DNA of 63,773 nucleotides, the filler included, from Cercozoa sp. M6MM (lineage: Eukaryota > Protista > Endomyxa: Ascetosporea), in the NCBI GenBank assembly GCA_040357565.1. It is 13 parts of 13 records of this genome, joined end to end, with 100 filler letters (N's around TTAATTAATTAA, not from the genome) between each part and the next. Parts side by side here need not be neighbours in the genome. Positions count along the whole stretch, not along the records: positions 10,101 to 17,328 come from JBDODJ010000642.1; positions 17,429 to 20,869 come from JBDODJ010001458.1; positions 20,970 to 26,175 come from JBDODJ010000948.1; positions 26,276 to 30,596 come from JBDODJ010001173.1; 9 more parts are not named here. One strand, written 5' to 3'. Below are positions 13,019 through 26,547 of the stretch, in pieces (position 1 is the first letter of the stretch; the number at the start of each line of letters is the position of its first letter). A program made the position numbers and the translations under genes. The notes below the pieces were generated by a model that saw only the letters and a list, made by a program, of their open reading frames with translations, was not told where the DNA came from and did not search any database.

Positions 13019-13199
13019 CCCCTCTAAGTATAGTGGGTGTGCGGCGAAAGTTACTACCGTCTTGACGCAACCGTGTAGCAGAAGCGACTGCACAGGTACT
13101 AGTGCACACGATACTTTGAGCTTCAAACTTGTCGAAGCCTCAAGACCGAGACCAAAACCGGAAATCACTGCTATGAGAATGCCGTAAAATGGTTCAAGT

Positions 13200-13330
13200 G
13201 TGATTTCCGCGCGGAAGCGTTTGCGCCCCCGCGGGAGGATGAAAAATTACGTCTCGCATTCTTTCATCCAAACTGCGGCGATCTGGGCGGCGGCGAGTTA
13301 GCCTGTGGCACATGGTCACATTGTTCTTGT
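13200..13330 (+). pseudogene. Decayed partial duplicate of ALG11 exon 1 plus start of intron 1
   Basis: Aligns to 15386-15522 with ~10 substitutions and three small deletions, two of which frameshift the exon. Confidence 0.9.
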
Positions 13331-13929
13331 CCTTTTCGACAGTTTTGTGTCGCGTCTAATGTTGACGAAACTTCCCAAAATACTATTCATGATTCTGTCA
13401 GGCTTCAATGCTACAGTGTGAAAACTGCAGTCTAGGAATGATTTAGTTTGATGTGCACGCGCTGCTGCGCAGTCCAAAATCTCTAACTGGAGCTCGGTCA
13501 TAAAACAAAATCGGCCCCGGCCCGTGTTACTTGAGTTTTTGTCATGTGCAGCACTGTGCTAGAGGTGATTAGCCGGGCTGAATCGCACCGCAAGCGCTGC
13601 TGGTGCGCTGTCATCTTGTGGCGCAGGTTGATTTTCGGATGGTGATGACACTGATCGATCACGAGCGAATGCACCGGCAGTCGCGGTGATCGGAGTTGAT
13701 TGAATGGGCAGATCGAATGCTCACGACGGGCACTTGCCCTGCATCATTTCCTCGCATCAGGTACTGCGACACTGGCGGCAACTCCGATCGGCGGCTGCGC
13801 TGTCGGAAGCACGCTCCGATTCTTTTCATTCTTCCTGTAATTGACGTCCGGAGTTCCAGTACATTTTTGGTAGATGGTGTGTTAGCTGTGAAAGACTCAC
13901 CTTGTCTGTTTCTCTCAGTTCGTTGTGGC

Positions 13930-15039
13930 ATGGCGAACGTGGCGCGTAATATGGCGGACTTGGCGGATCGCATGGCGGAATTGGTGCAGAATAAACTCGA
14001 CCAGATGACTGAGCCAGCGGAGACCCTCAAGTTGGTAAGGCAAAAATAACTCGGATCATCAACCGTGCTCTTATCTTTTATCTTTGTTATTAGGCGAGAG
14101 CCTGGACCGATATGTTGCTGACTGCGTTTGATGCCGAAGCAGCGGCAGGTCCACTGGTCAGGCTCTCGAACTTAAATCTAGACCAGCTTCATGGCCTTGC
14201 TACCTACCGCCAACAACACGTGTTGCCTGCTCTCGTTAAAGTCGCAGAGCGCTGTCAGTCCGTTGATCAGGACTCGGAGAAACTGATGCTCGTTTTGGAT
14301 GAACTCAACCGCCTCTTGGCCAACAACGTGGTACATCGCCTTTAGCACCGATTCCTAGGACCTAAGCATGTTCTTTCGACAGGCTGGTGCTGCAAACTTT
14401 GATCAAAAAGTCGCGAAGGTTTGGGGCGAGTGGGCAAAGCATTTCCGGCTTGAGTGGGGGCACTGGGATAAAGTGGATGAACTGGAAGAAGCCGATGTGT
14501 GGCGTCTTTTGGTCGCTGTTGAGTGGATGGCTGTGCCCCGCCCCGCAGGGAGTATATGCATCAGATTAAAGACTCGTCCAAATGGTTGCTTCACATTTTG
14601 ATGGGTTACGCCACTTCTACGGTCAAGAACGAGCGTGAACTTGATAGCAACATCAACGCGCGTCTTCGGGGTGTTGCGGTAATTCATTCCCTCTTTTAAG
14701 TGAGTATCGCTTTATATAAGGCGCGATTGCAGAGTTCGACGGTGGCTGATATCGCTCGAACAGCTCTTACTCCTCAAGCTCCACTGGTACCCCTACCTCC
14801 CTCTCACTTATCTTAGCTAATACACGCCGTGTATGTAGTCTTCCGTGCTGATGGACGCTATTCTTTTGGCAAGCTATCTCTACCTCTTCGGTGACAGTCC
14901 CCTCAAAATGCTTGGAGTCACTGACGCCAAGGGTGTTGTTCAGCACATTTGGGTTTGGCTCAGGGAGCGCAGGGACCAAATTGGGGACGATTTTCCGAAG
15001 TTTGTGGAATTCAATAAGCTCCGAAAAGACATTTCTTAA
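13930..15039 (+). pseudogene. Multi-exon orphan gene with an apparent frameshift
   Basis: Exons MANVARNMADLADRMAEL..., AGAANFDQKVAKVWGEW..., ...EFNKLRKDIS*. A duplicated CCCCG at ~14536-14545 breaks the frame; removing it gives AVPRREYMHQIKDSSKWLLHIL. Confidence 0.5.
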
Positions 15040-15334
15040 CCAGCCGAGTCTCGAGTTGTTTTCTACGACAATGTGAAGCCTCAGTAAAGCTACCACCATA
15101 TGGTCAGGGTCATTGGACCAGGGGTGACACTGTTTGAAGTGCTCCACTCTGAGAAGACACTGCCTCGAGTGCGAAAGGTCGTCTTGTAAGCCGCTTTGAT
15201 CCGAATGCTGGGGCCACAATATAATAGTCTGGGGAGGCACTCGGCTGTATCTGCACAAACCCAAACAGTCTCCCTAGCTTTAACAGTGCGTCACAGTGTG
15301 CCAGAGCTGAGTTACCGTGCTTGAAACCACTATA

Positions 15335-17328
15335 ATGCGTGTGCTCTCAATGCTGGTTGCATTTGTGGCGCTGGCGATTGCTTTTGTGATTTCCGCGCGG
15401 AAGCGAGTGTTTGCATCCCCGCGGAAGGATGGAAAATTGCGTCTCGCATTCCTTCACCCAAACTGTGGCGATTTGGGCGGCGGCGAGCTAGTCCTGTGGC
15501 ACATGGTGCACATTGTTCTTGTACTTTTTTGCTTTTTTCGTATTTTCCCAATGTCAACTTACAGGTTGCCACACTGCAAGAGAGACGTCCAGATGTCGAA
15601 ATTTCCATTGTCGCGCACGCTGATACCCCATCACGACGCGAGGTCACCGACGCAGGTATCCGCGCGGATGTGGAAAAATACGAAAAACACAAAAAATAAA
15701 AATTGCAGTGAAGCAGCGGTTCGGCATTGCGGTGGACCCGGAACGCATTCGCTTCGTGGTGCGTGTTGCTACAGCCTTCAGTTCTTGTCCCAATTTACCC
15801 CCCCCCCCCCCAGAGGATAAAGTCGAGTCGGTGGACGCAGAGGGCGTTTGCAGTGGCGACGATGCTGCTGCAGACGGCGGCGGCAGGTGTGGTGGCACTG
15901 GAGGCACTGTGGCTACAGCACGGACTGATGGACATGGACCTGGTGTTGGACACGACAGGACTACCTGGAGCATACCCTGTGCTGGCACTGTTCGGAGTGC
16001 GTGTAGCCACCTACACGTACAGTCTGTCTGGTCCATTTGTACCGATGTACCAGTGTTTGTGTGTGTAGCCACTACCCGACGCTGTCGTCGGACATGTTGC
16101 AGAGGGTGCGACAGCAGCGACGTGGCCGCGTGGTTTCCGTCTCGCTGCTCAAACTCGTTTATTACCGTCTGTTTGCGCTGCTGTACTGTTTTACCCCCCT
16201 GTTTACCCCCCTGTTTACCCCCCCCCCCTGTTTACCGCCTATTTACCCTCCTGACCCCTTTACCCCCTGCCCTTTACCCCCTGCCCTTGACCCCTCCCCC
16301 CCCGAGCAGGTACCGAGTGTGCGGCGCCTGCGTGGAGCACTGCATGGTCAACTCCGCGTGGACGCGTGACCACATGCGCCACATGTGGTCACTCGGCGAC
16401 TCCGCGCTGACTGGTACAAATACCAGTATTGCTATTCGACCCCTTTAACATCTCCCCAGTGCTGTTCCCGCCGGTGGACGCGCAGGAACTGGCGCAATTC
16501 AACCGCGCGGACGTCAACGCGAAACGCCGGCCGCTCGTGCTGTCACTCGGACAGTTCCGCCCGGAGAAGGACCACGCGCTGCAGATCCGCGCGTTTGCGC
16601 GCTTCCTGCGCCGCCGTCAGTCCGCGTGCGTTTTGTTGTTTTCGGTGTTGTGCTGTAGTTTTTTGTTGTTTTTCGGTGTTCTGTTGTTGTTTTTTGTTGT
16701 TTTTGTTGTTTTTTTGTTGTTTTTTGTTGTTGTTTGTATTTGCGGTATTTTCCGGCAGCCGCGCGGACGCGGCGGAAGAGGCAGAGGAGACGCGGCCGCG
16801 ACTGGCGCTGCTGGGCGGCGTGCGCAACGAGCGTGACCGTGCACTGCTTTCGGACTTACGGGAGCAGGTGGAGTCGCTCGGACTTTCGCGCAGTGTGGAG
16901 TTCCACGTGAATGCGACGTTCGCGCGGCGCAACGAACTGCTGCGACAGGCGCGCGTTGGCGTGCACTCCATGTGGAACGAGCACTTCGGTTTCATTTTCA
17001 TTTTACCCCCCTGTTTACCCCCCTGTTTACCCCCCCTGTTTACCCCCCTGTTTACCCCCCCCCCCTCAGGCATTGGCGTGGTGGAGATGATGGCAGCGGT
17101 ACCGCAGCCTTAAAAAAGCCCTGAAGTATTTAAGGGGGAGTGTATTTAAGGGGGAGTGCCTTATGTAGGGTCTCATTGTGTGTGCACACGACTCGGGCGG
17201 TCCGCGCAGCGACATTGTTTCCGACGCTCGCGACGGCTTCTTGTGCGGCAGCGAGGAGGAGGTTTACCCCCCTGTTTACCCCCCTGTTTAGCCCTCTGTT
17301 TACCCCCTGTTTACCCCCTGTTTACCCC
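15335..17328 (+). CDS. ALG11: GDP-Man:Man3GlcNAc2-PP-Dol alpha-1,2-mannosyltransferase, 3'-truncated
   Basis: N-terminal TM anchor, AFLHPNCGDLGGGELVLW, LDTTG, THYPTLSSDML, MVNSAWT, SLGQFRPEKDHALQI, HSMWNEHFGIGVVEMMAA. Confidence 0.95.
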
Positions 17329-17428
17329 NNNNNNNNNNNNNNNNNNNNNNNNNNNNNNNNNNNNNNNNNNNNTTAATTAATTAANNNNNNNNNNNNNNNN
17401 NNNNNNNNNNNNNNNNNNNNNNNNNNNN

Positions 17429-17738
17429 GGGGGGGGGGGGTAAAGTAGCTATAGGATGGAGGAAGTACCGATATCGACCATGGATTACGCATTGCCCGGT
17501 GAGGTCTTCGGGTGCAGGCATTCAGTTCAATGTCTGTGAGGTTTTGTTGTGCGTGTTTACGCACTTTGCATCACCGATAAGAGCCTCTACTCGTGTTGAA
17601 TATCGCCTCGCTGTCGGAAGCGGAGCTTCTGGTTGAGGCTCTCTTTCCTCCTGAAAGCGAAACCCCACTGTAGAAACTCCGGGAGAATTGAGAAACGCCA
17701 GAAACGTCATTTTGTTTATTGCTCGCGCTGTCGGTCAT
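17429..17738 (-). CDS. 5' fragment of a hypothetical gene
   Basis: Possible spliced start MTDSASNKQND|EEREPQPEAPLP... running into a C-rich intron at the contig end. Confidence 0.3.
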
Positions 17739-18039
17739 CGGTTGGATTCGGACGGCGCAGAATGCTCGGGTTATAAATTTATGAAACCTCGAATACCCTT
17801 GATGTAAATAAATAATCGTCCTGCTCACCTCCGCGTGGAAAATGAAGTGACGTGATGTGCGTAAAAAGTGACTCACGGTGACGGGACAGTACCTAGTAAC
17901 TATGCGGCGCTTCCAGTTTAAGCTCCGCCTGTTTAAACGTGAACTCGAACGTTGTCGTCGTCGTCATGACCAGAATCAGTTTGGGTTTTCAGTTTGATTC
18001 TGGTGCGCTGCAATCGCGACGTAAATTTACACTTGGGTG

Positions 18040-18575
18040 CTAGTCAAAATCGTACCGGCGGCAGACCGGTGATCATCATTTTTGACCCTGGTAGTTTTAT
18101 GTCTCTCTTTCTTTCTTCCTTACGTGGCGGTCTGCGCATGGAGAGAAAGTGATCCACCTGTACACCTTTGCTCACTGTACCCTTGCTCACTGTCGTTGTG
18201 CAGACTGGAAGGAGCGGTTGCTGAAGCTTTTGGTGGATCGCTTCCGAGTGATGGGAAAAATATGGCTGTGGAGCGAATTCAGGTCGAGTGTATGTCATTC
18301 TTTTGTTGTGATTTACGCAGCCCCCGCGTGACTTCGCCACACCCGCTTGTTTCGGAGCTGCCGTGTGGGGATCGCTCAAATATGTAAAAATTACAATTTT
18401 TGTAAATATCGATGATGTCTCGACGTTTGTGTTGAAACAGACGGCACTGTGCCTCGAAGACTAACGTCTGCAGATTGAACAGATGCGCCCACAGATGGAG
18501 CAGACGCGCTTGCAAAAGTAGCAGACCCGGCTGCTATATGCGGAGCTGCCTTATTTCGAGCGCCTCCGCATGGTA
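18040..18575 (+). pseudogene. Degenerate orphan gene with Gln-rich segment and in-frame stops
   Basis: Frame reads LED*RLQIEQMRPQMEQTRLQK*QTRLLYAELPYFERLRM, bounded by splice-like sites. Confidence 0.3.
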
Positions 18576-18960
18576 ATTTCGACATATCTAAGTTTACTTG
18601 TATATTTAGTGCGGGACTGTAGTTTTGCACTTCAGACAGCTTATATTAACTCAGGGCCCGGACCTCGCCGCGCAAGTGAAGAAAGACATATTTTAATTGA
18701 GACAGATCCACCTGAATTCACAACCAATCGTGCAGTGTAGTTCTCCAGCGGTGACAGCGTACGGCCTCGCTTTTCGGTTGTGTGCACGGTACTTTATGTG
18801 TCTCTGTAGGAAGTACAAGACGCTCATTTAAACTAGACACACAACACGATTTAAACTGGAAAGTCGTCCTACAATTTTTTGTTGATCTCAAACACTTAAG
18901 TTTAGTCTATCAATCCGATCTGCGCGCCGTTTTTACCCGACTGTATCCGAGTCATGCCAG

Positions 18961-19206
18961 TCAGTGTTAAATGAGGCGCACAAGTAGTAAATTTAAGGTA
19001 TTCTCGCGAGCGCAACTTGCTCGCGTGAGCCGAACGTCGTCTACTTCTTCCTGTACTTTGCCGACCCTACCTTGGGTAACTACATCTGAACTGCCTACGT
19101 CTACTGACTAAATTCTTCACATTGATTCCATTTGTTTCTTTAGCCTTTTCCTGGCATAGTACTCTTTTGCTGCCAAAGCCTGAGTTACTGAAAGGCTGCG
19201 GTAACA
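18961..19206 (-). mobile_element. Dispersed repeat family A, long copy (solo-LTR- or MITE-like)
   Basis: TGTTA(18965)...TAACA(19206) inverted termini; shared blocks with 10571-10672 and 61074-61150. No clear target-site duplication. Confidence 0.65.
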
Positions 19207-19326
19207 ACTGGGTGGCCATGCGATGGGTCCTGTCGTCGCGATAGTCGAGTTAGTTGAATCTGATAATGAAATTAAACCGACCACAGTACGTAGTTCCCAG
19301 GCACAGGCACAGGCACAGAGCCTCGG

Positions 19327-20869
19327 CTAGACAGTGCCGGAGGTGAGTGCCTGCAGGTGTCGCAGCACGGCCGTGGCAACGAGGTCACTGAAGGCGCGCA
19401 CAGTAACCTGCAGCTGCTGTCCCTGTCAATACACATAGACCATAAACCATACTATGCATATATATATGTACATACATAGATATGTATAGAGATGTATGGA
19501 GCGGGCACCTCGGAGTACTGCAGCAGCAAGGCGACCGGGAGACCCGGAGCGACGTAGGCCAGGAAGGAGGCCGAGCCGGGAGCGGCCGAGACAGGTCGCA
19601 TGTCCAGCGAGGTCGGCACCTGGTGCAGCAGGTTGCGCACTCGTTCCGTGTCGTCCACAGTGAACACACACTGTCGCTGTGCTGGACACTGGCCCTGTCC
19701 AACACAGGTAGCCACACAGGTAGACACACAGGTAGCCACACAGGTAGACACACAGGCAGATACACTGGTAGTACCCCAGTCTACTACCAGGGGAGAGGAA
19801 AACAACTCTACCGAAGCAATGCAGTCGGCCAGTTCGTCGACATCCGCATCGACGGCAGCAGGCGACAACAGCACACGCACCGGCAGACTCAGCGTGCCGT
19901 CCAGTGGGTCCTCCTGAGTCTTCGCTGTCTCGCCCTGTTTCGTTGACGTCGGATGCACCTGCACCGGCAGCAGCAGGCAGCCCGTCTGACTCAGCGCACT
20001 GTGCTCCTCGGTGTCCCCGCTGGCCAGGTCAAAGTACAGCGTCACCGAACACTTGGCCGCCTTGCCGGGCGGTACTGCCGTCGCCAAGGACACTTCGCGC
20101 ACTTCCGTCGTTCGCGCCTCGTCTTGATACAGTCGGAGCGGCTGGGGGGAGGGGAGGGGGGTAGGGGTAGGAGGTAGGGAGTAAGCAGAATGGGGAGGGG
20201 GTACGAAGGAGGCCTCCTGACACAAACGCAGTGCGACGTCGACCGGCGACGCCGCCTTCTTGGACAGCGCCACACGCGCGCGCAGCTTCAGCGCCCTCTG
20301 CGGCGACCCGTCCGCGCGGACGGCCGCGTCCACCATGTACTGCACCTGTAGTACCTGCACACGGACGGGGGGGGGGGTAAAAGATAACCTGGGGGGGGGG
20401 GGGGCAAAAATACCTTGCTCTTGCACAAGGCGACAGGTTTCGGCACAAGACGCAGTCGGTCGTACTCGCGTTTCTTCTCTTCTTCTGGCGTTTCTACCCA
20501 GGGGGGGGGGGGTTAACGGGAAGAAGTGGGAGGGGGGAGGGGTAAGTACCCAACACAGGCGCCGGTGCTGACAGATCGACGTCGGCGAGAGAGGTGCCGG
20601 TGCCACCTGTACTGTTGGCACGGTTGGTGAGCACCTCCTTGTCCGCCAGGTCAGCACCCAGCACACGTGCACGCACGTGCATCTACAGGGTAGGGGGTAA
20701 CAAGGGGGTTAAAACGGAGCAAGGGGTAGGGGGTGCACCTTCTTCTTGTGCCTGCCCTTGCCCCTGTTGGTCTTTCCAGAAGCTTTGGCCTTCCTGCCCA
20801 AGAAACGGTCCGACGCACGCGTACGAACAGCCACGTCAATGTCGACGTCGTGCTGCAGCACGTCCTTCA
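19327..20869 (-). CDS. Probable AP-3 complex subunit delta, hinge and C-terminal appendage
   Basis: Lys-rich hinge with SLADVDLSAP (compare AP3D ALDIDLDKP), then a beta-rich ear/platform-like region ending VTVRAFSDLVATAVLRHLQALTSGTV*. Assignment from recalled architecture only. Confidence 0.5.
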
Positions 20870-21144
20870 NNNNNNNNNNNNNNNNNNNNNNNNNNNNNNN
20901 NNNNNNNNNNNNNTTAATTAATTAANNNNNNNNNNNNNNNNNNNNNNNNNNNNNNNNNNNNNNNNNNNNCCCCCTTACCCCTTACCCCCTTACCCCTTTT
21001 AGCCCCCTTACCCCCTTTTAGCCCCCTTTCCCCCCTTAACCTCTCTTTAATTCTGATTTTGCCTCGAAAAACCCGCCATACCCGCGCTTTGCTTTAGGAT
21101 CACAAGGTAGATTGACCAATATTACTCATTGCCACATCTCGCAG

Positions 21145-22089
21145 GTCCCCCGCAACGACGCGTATTTGTGAAAGAACTGCGCCTACTGTAAGTTTCACTG
21201 ATACCGTCCGGGCCGGGCGAAGTCTGTATTCATTCGATACCCATATGCATGGTATCGATAGCTTGAGAGATTTGTGCCGCTCTTTGATTCCACCCAATGA
21301 ACTTGCGCTCGACATTCGGCTGGACGGGTACTTACCCATATCGCTAGGATGGTGGCGGTGTTACTCTCATCCACACACTGTAGGTTCGAAGACAATGAAC
21401 ACGCTCGACGTGTGGCACGTACGCTGCTGAGAGATGTCGCTGTTCTTCAAATAATTCGACGGTACAAGTTGCAACCAAATCTAGAAGCTCCTTTACACTC
21501 CATGTGTACTGCAGTACACGACAAGGAGAAGTGAGTGTACATCAGTTGGGCGACTTTCTCTCGGCCTTTTTCTGTGAGGCAAGTCAGCTTTCTTGGAACC
21601 TATCGATACTTTAGCAACATCAGGCACAACGAAAAACTTCATCGTGTTTGCAGGAAGTGGCCAGAAGCAGCAAAGACGCCTTTCGCACTTCAAAGGTAGT
21701 TTTTCGAGATACAGTATTCTCCCTTTGGAATGCAGTGGTTGATTTGACTCGATCCGTCGTGTGTGTAGGACGTACGAGTGCAGATACACGCGCGTGTTCC
21801 ATCCAGTGAATTCGCCAGCTGTCCTCTCGCCTCGGTATTCGTAGTTAAACATCCACTTAAACTGAAGTTGGACTCCTACTTTGGGTGTGTTGCAGGAAGA
21901 AGCAGAGGCCGCCTTTCGAACCGACCCCGATTTTCAACTGCTCGTCCAGGTGCACAACGGATTCGACTCGGGCGAAGCTCGCTGCTTAATTGCAGTCTAG
22001 CTGCTTGCGTTGACATGTTTGAGCCGAATTGCCTAGCGTCAGGCTTGAAGATGGGGGGGGGGGCGGCATTAAAACTGCTCCTGCCTTAA
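21145..22089 (+). CDS. 3' part of a hypothetical multi-exon gene
   Basis: Exon-like blocks with GT/AG borders (LRDLCRSLIPPNELALDIRLDG|FEDNEHARRVARTLLRDVAVLQII; EEAEAAFRTDPDFQLLVQ); no family recognised. Confidence 0.3.
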
Positions 22090-22532
22090 TAAAAATGTTT
22101 GTAAGACGCACGAAACGGCGGCGAGTTGATCAATAGCATCAATTAACCGTTTTTGTTTGTGTTGTTTTGTTTGTTTATTTTTTTAAGTTGTTCGATGCAA
22201 AAACTCCGGCTGGACTCACGACCTATTGCGACTACAAAATGCATCAGTGTTACAGACTGACTCGACAACCGTCAGTAACATCAGGCTAACAGCCGTATAC
22301 TAGGGGCTTTAGAGCCGATTTACTGTTTCTTAATGTTGTTCAGCGGTCCAGGCGCTTTCAGCCGGCCTGGCTATAGATTGATTTTCCGCCACAAGTGGCA
22401 GCGATAAGCGTGAATGCAAGCCAAAGCTAAGCCTCGCAACTGTCGTACTAAGCTATCGTACGCTACGCTAGCGCAGTCGACGTCCGACAACACTGGACTG
22501 CAAGAGTGGCACGCACGCATAGCAGCTGCCGG

Positions 22533-23654
22533 CTATAGCAGTTTTAGGTGGCCGACAACGTCGCGTCCGACATCTTCGGGCAACGGGCCAATCGCCAACT
22601 GAGACACACGATGATACCGCATGCTTGAACAACGCGAGACAAATGCGTACCACGGTGAAACTGCCCGGTTCGACCTGTGTTCGCCCTGCGTCGACAACGA
22701 TGTAGCACGGCAAGTCCTCTTGTTTGGCCTACAGAAGAACACTCACATGATGTGCAGATAAAACAATGCCCACAAACAGACAGAGACAGGACAGAGATAA
22801 ACACAAACACAGACACGACACAGACACAGACACAGTCACAGACACACCTACACATCAAGAATAGTACCCTTTCCGCAAGCTCAAGCATCTGCTCTTTGGA
22901 CGTCAGCTTGAGACTACCGCACATCACATTAGGCATGATCAACTTGAGTTGAAACGGGTAACGATACGTGATTTTGGGCTGGCCGTAAACGTGCCACGCA
23001 TCGAGCAATGCCGGATCCTTCTTAAGCAAGGCACGACCCAAACCCCTGATAAAACACAGACATGATGTACGGTGAAGTGTGCCTGGTCGGCAAAAGGCGT
23101 GAGACGTGATTCAGTCTCAATGGTACCACGTGGCGTGCGAGCATTGTGCGGCAATCTTGCCCTTTTGCATCTTCAAGTCGGTACGAACGCACAAGTACTA
23201 CCGTACAAACAGAAGATGCACTCACAAGTGACAGAATGGACACCGTCGGCAAGTGTGCATGCGTACAGTGAGGTAGACAGTACAAACTTCATGCGGGGTT
23301 CATCGTCGCCCTTCAAAAATCTCTCGCTGTATCCCGTGCCAACACCTGAAACGAAGGTACTCACGCTTTTGGGTTTGTATTCAAATAAATCGACATACCT
23401 GCACCACCGTACTCCCAGCCTTCCTCATCGTCACTGTCGTACTCGCTCTCTGCATCGCTGTCTTCTTCCTCCTCCTCCTGCTGTCGCTGCTTGTCCTGCT
23501 GCCGTTGTCGTTGCACTTCGTACAGCCGCGCCAGCGCAAAACCTGCTCAGAGCAAGACAACGTCAACCCAGATTTTGCATTGAGAAGATGCTTTGCCTGC
23601 GGCTAAACCGCCAAAACCAAAAGTTAAGGCCGTGCGCGCGTCCAAAATCTCCAT
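22533..23654 (-). CDS. PTH2: Peptidyl-tRNA hydrolase 2 with N-terminal membrane anchor
   Basis: Spliced: RTDLKMQKGKIAAQCSHAT, LDAWHVYGQPKIT, IVVDAGRTQVEPGSFTV|LAIGPLPEDVGRDVVGHLKLL*. Hydrophobic N-terminus followed by an acidic linker. Confidence 0.95.
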
Positions 23655-23800
23655 CTCACACGCTAGCACACGTCAATGCTGATATCTAGCCCGATTTACG
23701 ATTTTTAAACTTCTGACTTCTTTTGCGCTTCAGTTCAGGAACACACACCGCGATTAGCGAGTCACTTGAACAGATAGAATCTATTCCGGAGTGACTTAGA

Positions 23801-26175
<2,375 letters not shown>

Positions 26176-26280
26176 NNNNNNNNNNNNNNNNNNNNNNNNN
26201 NNNNNNNNNNNNNNNNNNNTTAATTAATTAANNNNNNNNNNNNNNNNNNNNNNNNNNNNNNNNNNNNNNNNNNNNTTCCC

Positions 26281-26345
<65 letters not shown>

Positions 26346-26547
26346 TTGGGACTACGGCAAGAGGCCACGTCGGCAGAGGGAGCCCCTTACAGTCAGTTGG
26401 CCGTCGCGTTGATCGGATGTAACCAACTAACTAGTATAAATATAAAGACTGTGGGTATCCGAGAATCAAGGCGAAACGAAGCGACGACAGCGTCTAGCAT
26501 GCCGATGCTGATGCACAGAGACAGGAGCCAGAGGTGCATCAGGCCGA

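Noticed and set aside
18460-18525. Stop-codon reassignment (TAA/TAG read as Gln) suggested by stops in Gln-rich frames
   Set aside because: Conserved genes end at expected positions with TAA (INO1, uS11m), TAG (PTH2) and TGA (XDH), and their exons lack internal stops; nonsense decay is simpler.
20970-21040. True telomere at the contig start (CCCCTTA repeats)
   Set aside because: Short and degenerate, and matches the common intronic C-rich tracts.
21556-21571. U2 snRNA-like TCTCGGCCTTTT
   Set aside because: Only ~12 nt match; no branch-point recognition sequence or Sm site follows.
23543-23596. GC-AG first intron in PTH2
   Set aside because: Plausible (CAG|GCAAAG), but two upstream GT donors give the same phase; unresolved without cDNA.
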